Below, piece by piece: positions 1 to 11,717 of a DNA stretch of 64,000 nt. Origin of the DNA: Octopus vulgaris (taxonomy: Eukaryota); assembly GCA_951406725.2 (NCBI GenBank), contig OX597827.1, positions 9,362,001 to 9,426,000 on the forward strand, in the 5' to 3' direction. The notes under the pieces were generated by a model. That model saw only the letters and a list, made by a program, of their open reading frames with translations. It was not told the origin of the DNA and made no database searches. The position numbers and the translations under genes were made by a program. Position 1 is the stretch's first letter; each line of letters opens with the position of its first letter.

Positions 1-1867
1 ATTTTGGAAGAAAGTGAACCCTTCTTGAGAAGAGATGAGACTTTATTGAAAAGAAGTGGTGAAAGTAAGAGAAAAGAAGAGACAAATTGTTGGTGAAATG
101 ATTTCAAATAAAAAGACAACTGACTCGGTATTTGGCACTATAAAGTTTTAAAAGCCAACTGCACACTATCATTTTAGAAGTAGAAGCCATGCTGAAAACT
201 TTCCGAAACAAAAGTAGTCAGTAATTTTACCATATTGCCGTGTTCTTCCAGTCTGTTGGCTAATTGGTAATAAATCCACATTTCTACAATGTAATGGTCT
301 TAAACATACAGTTGTGAGTAATAAAACATAATTGAGTAGAAAATGTGGAAAATGTGGAAAGAGAATATTGGAAATAATGGAACGGCAATTGTTCGGAAGA
401 CTAATTGTTTAAAGTAAATTGGATAGAAAAGATTGAGTTGAAACTTAAACTGATACCAACAAATTTTATGTGCATTTTATGACCTCAGCAAACCATCTAG
501 GAATGTTTATAATTTGAAGAGCCATTAAATTGAATCTTGAAAACCATAAGATTGTTTTTTTTTGTTTTTTTTAAAAAAAAAATAGACATTTTTTTTTAAA
601 AAGTAAATATTTAAATTTCATGCTGTGTTGTATTTATTGATAATTTCATTGGTAAATGGCAAGGTATCTTTTTTTTTTTCATTTAATGTGATATTTAGTT
701 AAAACAAAACTGAATATCACCAGAAATGTTTGGGGGTGGTTTAGGCAGAAAAAACAAATTTGTAGATGGAAAATAGATTAAGCTTGAGCTATTTGTTCTG
801 AGAGAGTACAATGTAAGAAGACTTTTAACGTTTACTCACATTTTTAGGTGCAAGACTTGTAAACAAGACTTGTAAAAGAAGGTAGTAAATTTAATTATTC
901 TTTTGGTTTTTACTACATTGTTGCTGCTTATTTGTTGTTGTTGTTTGTGTTATTTTTTAAGCTCTATGCCAGCTCTGACTGACCAGATGTATGAATCAAG
1001 CATCAGGCCAGCACTGACCATCTTATGGTTAGCCTGTTGGACTCAATTATGAGATTGGGGGGTTTTATTTCCAGATTAGGTGAAACATTGTATCCTTGAG
1101 CTAGGCACTTCATTTCCCCTTTTTACATACCTCTAATCCATTCATTCAGCCAAAAATGAGTTGCACTTGCAGTAGTGTGGTTCATTGCAAATTATTAGCT
1201 ACTAAATCTTGCTAATGTACTCATTAGATATTAACAGCCCTTGAGGGACACTGGATGAAGATTTAAGATTGCATTATACCATGCATGCTTACCTTTGTTT
1301 CCAAAACTGCTAGATGCCATACAAAAGAATTTAGTGACTATTTCTAGCACACCATGCAGCCTTAAAAATTCTCCTTCATTTCCATGTTGGTGCTTATTTT
1401 ACTGATATTGATAAAATGATGGGCAAATTGACCCTTTAGAAATTGAAATCTATATGAAGAAATGAAACCATCCAAGAATATTTATTTCATTATTTCACTG
1501 TCTTAGCTGACCGTTCCCAATCTAACTCTCATCTATGGTCATTTCAATGCATCCTTACCTTTGTTTTCAAAACTGCAAGATGCCATACAAAGGAGTTTAG
1601 TAATTAGAAACCTTAAGAGATGCAAAACAGGAACAAATTCGGAAATAAGTTCCTTATTGTTTTATAAATGTTTTATTACAACAGAAATTATACATGTTGC
1701 ATACTATTGCTCATGCGAGTTTGTAAAAATTGTAATTTATATAACAAACAGTTATGTATGCTTAAATATTTATATTTGCTCACTAACACATATATACACA
1801 CACATACAAACACACAAAATTATGTGTCTACGTATACATACATATATATATATATATATCACATATA

Positions 1868-1911
<44 letters not shown>

Positions 1912-1914
<3 letters not shown>

Positions 1915-2139
1915 TCATCATCATCATCATTCGTTTAACGTCCGCTTTCCATGATTGCATGGGTTGGATGGTTCAACTGGGGTCTGGGGAGCCCGAACGC
2001 TGCACCAGGCCAGTCAGATCTGGCAGTGTTTCTACAGCTGGATGCCCTTCCTAACGCCAACCACTCCGAGAGTGTAGTGGGTGATTTTATGTGCCACCGA
2101 CACAGGTGCCAGACATCGGATGGTGTTTTTTATAGGTGC

Positions 2140-2140
<1 letters not shown>
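1912..2140 (-). mobile_element. RTE 3'-end fragment
   Basis: (CAT)n-CGTTTAACGTCCGCTTTCCATG...GGATGCCCTTCCTAACGCCAACCAC, shared with the RTE 3'UTR. Confidence 0.75.
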
Positions 2141-2205
<65 letters not shown>

Positions 2206-2887
2206 AGTATGAAGAATTTTGCTCATGAACACCATGCAGCATTCAGTGGGAAAATTGAAACCTCAACCCTTCAATTGTGAGTACAGTAATCTAATCAGAA
2301 TCCCATGTGCCAAAGTAACATGAAAATGATACATAATAATATCAAATACTTAATAATGTGTCAAGAAGCCAAATTTCATTTTTTAATTTTATTTTATTTT
2401 TATTTTAAGTGTGGATTGAACGAAAATCCTGCAAGACTTTTATCATTTTCAAAAGTAGTTTTAATATAAGTGAAACATACTCTGTCAAAATTAAACAATT
2501 CATATTGAGAATAAATGCCACAATAAAAACAGCTGCTAAAAACTTGGTGTATTTGAAATTTAGCAACAGGTGCTTTCTTGGAATACACACATACATATAT
2601 ATATATAATATCCTTCCTCCATTATAAATCAATTGTTTACTGTAATATTATAATATCTAACCAAAATATAGTTTGTAACCATTCCAAGTATTATTTATCT
2701 GTTGTTTTTGTTTTACCAAAGTTGCTAGAGGTGATGAATTAGAACATTGAAAGAGAAAAAAACCCATTAAAAAAAACACAATAAACTGTGACTACAGGGC
2801 AATTTCTAGTACTCATATTTCAATGAAATAACATTTTATTTATATTAAAAATCATATATCATTATTCATTGTTATTTATATTAGATG

Positions 2888-3300
2888 AAGGTGGCAAACT
2901 GGCAGAATCACATGCCGGGCGAAATGTGTAGCCGTATTTTGTCTGCCGCTACGTTCTGAGTTCAAATTCCACCGAGGTCGACTTTGCCTTTCATCCTTTC
3001 GGGGTCGATAAATTAAGTACCAGTTATGCACTGGGGTCGATCTAATCGACTTAATCCCTTTGTCTGTCCTTGTTTGTCCCCTCTATGTTTAGCCCCTTGT
3101 GGGCAATAAAGAAATAAGAATCATTAGCATGATATTTCATCCAACTCTTTACATTCTGAGTTCAAATTCTACAAACGTTGACTTTGTCGTTCATCCTTCC
3201 TGGGGTCAATAAAATACGTACCAGTTTGAGCACTGGGGTCAATGTATTCAACTGAACTCCCTCCCGCCAAAATTACTAGCTTCATGCTGAAATTTGAAAA
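2888..3300 (+). mobile_element. SINE family B (Meta/MESC-like domain), two nested copies
   Basis: A-box-like TGGCAGAAT, B-box-like GAGTTCAAATTCC, and central GACTTTGCCTTTCATCCTTTCGGGGTCGATAAATTAAGTACCAG resembling the Meta/MESC SINE domain. Confidence 0.75.
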
Positions 3301-3319
3301 TCGTTATTATTTGTATTAC

Positions 3320-3727
3320 TCTCTCTCTCTTTTACTTGTTTCAGTCATTTGAATGTGGCCATGCTGGAGCACCACCTTTAGTCGAGCAAATCGACCCCGA
3401 AACTTATTTTTTGTAAGCTCAGTACTTATTCTATCGGTCTCTGTTTGCCGAACCGCTAAGTAACGGGGACGTAAACACACCAGCATCGGTTGTCAAGCAA
3501 TGCTAGGGAGGACAAACACAGACACACAAACACACACACATACATATATATAAATATATACATATATACGACAGGCTTCTTTCAGTTTCCATCTACCAAA
3601 TCCACTCACAAGGCATTGGTCGGCCCGGGACTATAGCAGAAGACACTTGCCCAAGATGCCACGCAGTGGGACTGAACCCGGAACCATGTGGTTGGTTAGC
3701 AAGCTACTAACCACACAGCCACTCCTA
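3320..3727 (-). mobile_element. tRNA-derived SINE family A (CORE-like)
   Basis: Head has an A-box-like TGGCTGTGTGG and a B-box-like GGTTCAGTCCC, then CTTGGGCAAGTGTCTTC, an internal microsatellite, and a TAAAAGAG tail. Confidence 0.85.
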
Positions 3728-3978
3728 ACAAAAACAGGAAAACCTACAAACTGAAAAAACCAGTTGTCATATTGTGGCATCTCAGGAAAAGACATGAGGT
3801 TCAGATATTTTACCCTTACATGGTGCATGCACTGACGTGCGGTTAAGAAGGTTGTTATGCGATTTTATGGTTTGGGAACACACAGCATGGCACTTGGGCG
3901 AGTATTTTCTACTAAAGTTTTGGACTGACTAATGTCCTGCAAGCATGAAGTTGCATGGAAGCCAGTTTTGTGCATATG

Positions 3979-4012
<34 letters not shown>

Positions 4013-4238
4013 TGTATGTATGTATGTATGTATGTATGTATGTATGTATGTATGTATGTATATATGTATGCATGCATGTATGTATGTATGTATATATGTA
4101 TGTATGTATGTATGTGTGTATGTATATATGTGTGTGTATGTATGTATGTGTGTATGCATGTATGTATGCATGCATGCATGTATGTATGTATGTATGAGTG
4201 TATGTATGTATATATGTATATATATATATATATGTATA

Positions 4239-4269
<31 letters not shown>

Positions 4270-4284
4270 TATGTATATATACAC

Positions 4285-5128
4285 ACATAGTGCGCAATGG
4301 TTAAATTGTCACCATTTTACATTTTTAATTTCATACATGCACATTGTTTGTTTTTGATTTTGTCAACTACACAGTATAGTAGGGTCAGTTGGGAACCATC
4401 TGTGAGAAAAATAGCACCACGGTGCAATTCACTCTGCCAGAAATTTGGGAACGACATGCTGTACTGCTTGGCCTTCATGTCAGAAGCTCCAATACGAACA
4501 GATGCTGAACACACAAAACAACGGTTGGCTTGCTGTGTCCCCCAAAAATACACTGAAAATGATAAAAATAAACCATCCAGTCAATGTCATTGTGTTTGGG
4601 GTGACGTTATGCTTCCATTCATCTTCCCACACAGCTTCCCACTCAACATGGAGGCCTAAATTAAGTGTCTCGAGGAGGTAGTCTACCCTGGATCAGGAGG
4701 GTGGTTGCTGGAAGACCCTACGTCTGGCAACAGGACTCTGTACCATGCCACACAAGCAGGAGACCATATCACCCTTAACACCTGGCCACCTAAGTCCCCA
4801 GACTGTAAACCCCTTTGTTGATTATGTGTGGGGCACAATTGAGTGGGAGACTAATTAAACTCCTTGTAACACCATAGATGAACTGAAGGCAAGGATTACG
4901 GCAGCATTCACCAACTTAAACAAGGAGACCATCCAGAAGAAACGCAGGAGATTCCAAGGCCATCTCGAGGCTACAGTTGAAGCCAACGGCAATTTTATAG
5001 AATAATTCTAGTCTTTAGCATTTCAAGATATTTTTATGCAATTTTGGTAAATATCTGTTAAAATGAGATGTCAGTGTTATTTTCATTTTTGTATAATTTA
5101 GATGGCAATATATTCACTGCACTCTGTG
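4285..5128 (+). mobile_element. Decayed Tc1/mariner-superfamily element (maT/DD37D-like)
   Basis: Fragments PYVWQQDSVPCHTSR and WPPKSPDCKP...DYVWGTIE; weak TIR-like ends. Confidence 0.65.
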
Positions 5129-5286
5129 ATATACAAATATACATACATACACACATACATACATACATACATACATACATACATACATACATACATACAT
5201 ACATACATACATACATGCATGCATACATACATGCATACATACATACATACACACATACATATATACATACGTACATACATACATAC

Positions 5287-5320
<34 letters not shown>

Positions 5321-5407
5321 ACACATATATATACATTTATATAATACACACACATATAGATATGCATACATATTTATATATGTATATATGTATATGCACA
5401 CACATCT

Positions 5408-5442
<35 letters not shown>

Positions 5443-5535
5443 TATATACATATATATGTAAACATATATATCATCATCATCATCATCGTTTAATGTCCGT
5501 TTTCCATGCTAGCATGGGTTGGACAAAAATTTAAC

Positions 5536-5600
<65 letters not shown>

Positions 5601-5602
<2 letters not shown>

Positions 5603-6010
5603 TCTTTTACTCTTTTACATGTTTCAGTTATTTGACTGTAGTCATGCTGGAGCACTGCCTTTAGTTGAAGAAATCAACCCCAGGAATTATCCTTTGTAAG
5701 CCTAGTACTTATTCTATTGCTTGCTTTTCTTTGCCGAACTGCTAAGTTTCATGGCCATAAACACACCAACATCAGGTATCAAGTGATGGTGGAGGAGAAA
5801 CACACGCACAAAGGTACACATACATAAATATATTCATATATATATAAAAACACAAGAGGCTTCTTTCAGTTTCCATTTAGCAAATCCACTCATGAGGCTT
5901 TGGTCAGTCTTTGGTGAGGCTATTGCAGAAGACACTTGCTCAAGGGGCACAAAAGTGGGACTGAACCTGAAACCATGTAGTTGGGAAGCAAGCTTCTTAC
6001 CACACAGCCA
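5601..6010 (-). mobile_element. SINE family A, diverged
   Basis: Homologous to 3320-3727. Confidence 0.75.
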
Positions 6011-6450
6011 AATCTGAGGCTTTGTCAGAAATCATTATTAGAATGCTGTGAGTTCAAATGTTGCCAAGGATAACTTTGCACTTCATCCTGTTGGGGCTGA
6101 TAAAATAATGTACTAATCAAATGCTGGGGTCAATTTAAGTGCCTAGACCTTGATTTTATTTATTTATTTTATACCACAATTTGTAGAAAATGGCAGAATT
6201 GGTTGCAGATTCACAAAGGGCTGGTTTACTGTATTTATGATGATGGGAATGACAAGAGGTTGTCTAATTCCACGTGGAACAAATATCTTAAGGATCTTCA
6301 TTCATAGAGCAACGGGCTTTTAGTTTTGTCACTAATATTTACATATTTTACATATTATACATACATACACACATACATACATAAACACATGCATACATAA
6401 ATACATACACATACATAAATAAATTCATACAAACACACATACATGCACTC

Positions 6451-6488
<38 letters not shown>

Positions 6489-6737
6489 GTAAATTAGAAA
6501 AAATACGTTTTATCTATTATTTTGCACATAACTTAATCATCATTACATGCTTTATCTTATATTTAATCTTTCTATATGTAATCTTTCTAAATGGTATAAT
6601 TTAATTTTTTCATTATTGAATTGATAAAAGGTGGGTTTTTTTCTAATTTTATATATATATATATATTATATTTTGTGAAATTTGATTTAGTATTTCTAAA
6701 TTGAATTTTTCCCTGTAAGTTTGGAATAATATTCCCT

Positions 6738-6794
<57 letters not shown>

Positions 6795-7015
6795 AAAGGT
6801 ATATGCACACAAACACATACGTGCACTCACGAACACATACAAATATACATATGCATATTATCAATGCAGTCTGTAAGCAGAACAGTAAAATTGTGCAAGA
6901 CTTTTCTCAAGTTCGAGGCTTGAATTAGTTTTATCTTCATTCCAAAGGTGGAGCTTTGTATCATTGTTAGAAACCAACTCCTTATATGAAGACACCAAAC
7001 AGTTAAAAACAGGAC

Positions 7016-7087
<72 letters not shown>

Positions 7088-7126
7088 GTTTATATATATA
7101 TGTATATATATGTATGTATATATATG

Positions 7127-7198
<72 letters not shown>

Positions 7199-7529
7199 CA
7201 TATATACACATTATGCTTTTGTAAAATTTCTGTGCAAGTTATTGCATAAGCAGAATCCATTATGCAAAACACCTGTCAAGGTCTGTTACTTTGGAATTGA
7301 ACCCAGAGCAATGTGGTTGAAACACAACCTTCCTTAATGTATATATAAAACACAGATCCTTTATTTTTGTAAGAGTGAACAACTGAAGTTTTGCTTCAAG
7401 CAAGAACACAGAATTTGTCAAATGAGAGTTAGATTGCAGTAGAGCATGAATAAATAAACATGAATTGTCCACAACATATTTCAGCAATATATTGAGAACA
7501 AACACATACAAACAGACACAGACATACAC

Positions 7530-8060
7530 TCATATGCACACACATACACACACACATACACACACACACACACACACAAATACACACATAAACACACAAA
7601 CACACACTCTAGCACATGCCATGCACACACATATGCACTTATGCGCACACATACAAGCATGCACACAAACATGCACACATGTGAAAACACACAAACACAC
7701 ACATACACACACACACACATACACACACACACAAACACACACTCTCACACATGCCATGCACACACATATGCACTTATGCACACACATACAAGCATGTACA
7801 CAAACATGCACACATGTGAAAACACACATACACACACACACACAAACACACACACATACACACACACATACACATACACACGCACAAACACACACACATA
7901 CACACATACACACACAAACACACAGTCTCACACATGCCATGCACACACATATGCACTTATGTGCACACATACAAGCATGCACACAAACATGCACACATAT
8001 GCAAATGCACAAACACACTCTTACACATGTCGTGCACACATATACACACACATATATAAT
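7530..8060. repeat. Higher-order CA-derived repeat, three copies
   Basis: CACATGCCATGCACACACATATGCACTTATG...CAAACATGCACACAT at about 7613, 7747 and 7931. Confidence 0.85.
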
Positions 8061-9239
8061 ATACACATACACACATAATATATAAATATGATACACACAC
8101 ACACACACATATATATATGCATATTGCTGTATGTATTATTATATTGTTTGTGGAATTTATGAGAGGAAGGCGAATCATTAGCGTTATGAGTTACTATACT
8201 TTTATATATATTTGCATAAATACCTAGATTACTTTTTGTCAAAAATACACACTGAGTTAGATTACCAATGGTGCAACAGAGGCTGATTGCTTACCTACAG
8301 TTTGTTTATGAGATGATGGTAGACCACCTGCAGAGTATTCCAGAGTTATGTTGTCCAGTAGTATATCTGACAGAACCAGAGTGTTTGCCATATTTGAGAT
8401 ATTTTTATATATTATCTTCAATATACCAAAGTGATTTAGTTTGTTGTGAAGTATGTCAAAGGGAATAGGATTAACTGCAGTATGTCAAACGGGGCCATAT
8501 TGACTGCAGTATATGAGATAAAGCTAGATTGACTGATGATTTACGAAAATAGAAAAAATAGCTACTTTTGCTGCAATATTTCATAAAAGCGAAGGAAGAC
8601 TGCCTGCAGTATGCTAGAGAAAGTTACATTTATAGATCACCAGAAGAAAAGACGACAATAAGTTAATAAAACAAACCATGTAAGTTATTTTAGCCAATAA
8701 GCAAGACCTAAATATTATTTGCATTTCTTTCTTCAGTCTTATATGAAACTCTAATATTAGACGGAAATATGTGCTATGCTTAATTTGAACTTAATATCTG
8801 TTGTTTTAGACAAAGTATAAAGTCATCAAAGAGAATATTAATGACTTTGTTTTGTTTGTTTTGACAAAGTTGCTGGCTAATTTTGTAAATGACAAAGCAT
8901 AAGTAAATTGGATAATCACTGGCTTATTATTTATTTTAGCAAATTTAACTATTGAAAAAATTTTAAACCAGATGAGTAAATAACAGTTACAATAAAACTG
9001 TAAATATGTAAACTGGCTCTTTCTTGATTGTGAGTCTATGTTGGAATTCTTTACATTTCTAGCAGTTCTAATCTGTTTGGTTTAATGTTTAAAGTTAGTT
9101 GATATAACATGTAACACATAATTTTCAGGAAGAGGAAAAGTAAATCAAAAACAAAAACAAAAAAGAATAAGAGTTTAAAAAGCAAGGATCAAACAGAAAG
9201 GATTTAATTATAATTTTAAAACAGAAAAAAATTTCTCAC

Positions 9240-11645
9240 CTGATGAATTCCACTTGAAAGAGTATCACAATGAATCTCTATTGGAGTATCTTTACCATCA
9301 TAGCATAAAGGGTGTCTTGTGGATAGATTATCTCTGGGCCATATGAGATGTGGGTCTTCACCTTTTTCTATACTTAATAATACATCTGGACTCTCGTGTT
9401 TGGAAGAAACTTGTTTTGCACAGGAATACCCTGAAAGGCTTCCTTTGTCCACTAATTTCTTTGAAGGGTCTATTCCACATTTATAATGTGTTTTCTGTTG
9501 GTTGTTTCTCCTGACAATGCACACAGTAATGGAAACAACCAGTAATACGGAAACTGTCACTGCTGCCACTATGATTATGATGAATAAATTGATGTGTATT
9601 TTATCATTGGATTGAAACTGCACTGCTGTCATCTTGGTTGATGTTTTGTTACTGACAGTCAGAGTCATAGATAACGTGGTTTTTGCTGTCAGAACTGGAG
9701 TTCCACTGTCTTTGACAATGAACTTGAGATTATATAAGCCAGCATCATTTTGGTAAACTGTTCGAGAAAAAGACAGAACTCCTGTGTAAGGATTAACTGC
9801 AAACAACTGTCGGTTATTTCCTTCCAGGATTTCGTACTTCAGAAAAGCATTTTGTCGATTATCTCTATCCGAGGCTTTCAGAACTGTAATGTCGTTTTTG
9901 CTCTGTGGGTTGTAATAAACATCCAGGCTGAATGGGTTGACACTAGGAAAAGTAAAATAAGGAGGATTGTCATTTTCATCTAATACTTCTATAACAACAT
10001 CTGCCGTGTTGCTAAGTTGAGGATTTCCATTATCCTTAACTAAAACTCTGAATTTAAAAACATCTTGTTGCTCGTGGTCCAAAGATCGAGTTGTAGTAAT
10101 AAAACCAAGGTTAGAAATCTTAAAGGGTAAAGCTTGGTTTACTTGATTGAGTAAAGAGAAGGTTAACTGACCTCCATGACCAAGATCTGGGTCAGTAGCA
10201 TTTATGAATCCAACTGGAAAATTTGGTTTCTCATTTTCATAAGTTAAAAACTTATAAACATCTTTTGTAAATTGTGGCTGAACATCATTAACATCCATTA
10301 CTTGGATGGAGAACTTTCTTTCAGTTTTCAGAGATGGAAACCCTTTATCTTTACATGAAATGGTAAAATTGATTTGACTTTCAGTCTCACGATCAACTGC
10401 TTTTTTCACTGATACTTTGTATCTTTTCTGACCAAGACTCTGAAGAGTGAACTTATTATGCTGGAGGTCACATGTCACTTGTCCATTCAAACCAATATCA
10501 TTGTCGACAACTTTCACATATGCAATGAAGCTGCCAACTTCCATCGCTTCAGATATTGTTGCTGTGTTTCCAGTTAATTCTGAGAAATTTATATCTATTA
10601 CTGGAGCATTATTTTGCTGGTTGATAACATTTACTAAAACCATTGCAATAGAGCTGAGTGGAGGTTTGCCTCCATCTTTAGCCTCAATAAATAACTTATA
10701 AGTCTGCTTTTTTTCTGGACTAAAGTCCTCGTGTTGATAGATCTGACCAGTTCTTCTATGCAATTTGAAATACGATTTCGCAATATCAGTTGTTTTTGAA
10801 CTGAAATAGTAAGATATATTCCCATTTGGACCAGAATCAAGATCAGTTGCTGACAGAGTAATGATTGGTGTATTTCTCTGTCTTTTATTCACTGTAACAT
10901 TGTAGACATTTTGTGAGAATACTGGTGGACTATCGTTGACATCGGAGACTGTTATTTCGACATTCAAGACACATTTCTTCGATGGAGTGCCGCCATCTTT
11001 TGCAACTACTTTTAAGTTGTATATATCTTGCATTTCTCTGTCTAATTTATTCTCTAAAGTGATTCTCAGAGAATAGGAACCGTCCACACGTTTTGAGACG
11101 TCAAGTTTGAAAGGTTCTTCTTGTTTTTTTATCAAATGATAAATAATCTGGGAATTTAAAACACTGACATCTTTATCGACTGCATTAGGTAAGGAAATAC
11201 TTGAACCTCTGCCATCTCTCTCAGAAAACTGAATGCTAATAGTTTTATTTGGAAACTCTGGTGGGTGTTCATTAACATCTTCTATTATTACTTTTATTTC
11301 AAGTATTTTCACAAAAGATTTTCTTCTCCGAACAGCAATGTCAACCATTTGGAAACATTCTGTATTGTATTTACAGAGAGCTTCAGCATCTAGTGTCTGT
11401 GCAGTATAAAGTTTCCCAGCTTTTGTAACATTGAATAGTGGAGAGCTTTCTGTCAATTCCTTCTGTAATTGACTGAAGCTAATTGACTTATAGTCCTCGA
11501 CTGGAATACTGTCCATCATGTGAGTGTCAACACTGATATCTCCAAGGTAAGTGTTGGCACTCATTCCTTCTTTCACGTAATAGATGAAATCAACACAATA
11601 GCAGGTTTGCATGAAAAGCAAGATTTTAATGACAACCAGCAACAT
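9240..11645 (-). CDS. Protocadherin, large first coding exon (signal peptide, 6 EC repeats, TM, start of cytoplasmic tail)
   Basis: Uninterrupted ORF with a hydrophobic N-terminus (MLLVVIKILLF). Cadherin motifs: DVNEHPP, LDRE, AKDGG, DVNDSPP, ATDLD, VDRE, DVNDVQP, LDHE, DENDNPP. EC1 has a CX5C motif (CKYNTEC). TM is INLFIIIIVAAVTVSVLLVVSITVCIV. Phase-0 donor CAG|GTGAGA at 9240/9239; the ORF runs 7 more codons to a stop at 9216. Confidence 0.96.
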
Positions 11646-11717
11646 TTTCTGTGTGATTTAGGCCATAAATATTTTATCTTTTTAATAAATACATTCACAC
11701 AACTGCCGACAAATTCT
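11646..11717 (-). other. 3' splice acceptor and 5'UTR part of the protocadherin exon
   Basis: Minus strand reads ttatttgtttatttcAG|aatttg (AG at 11717-11716), 70 nt upstream of the ATG. Confidence 0.6.

Noticed and set aside
3865-8242. Many ORFs rich in YI, HT, CV and MYVC (also 12284-16801 and 56694-62619)
   Set aside because: Translations of AT, AC and ACAT microsatellites, which lack stop codons.
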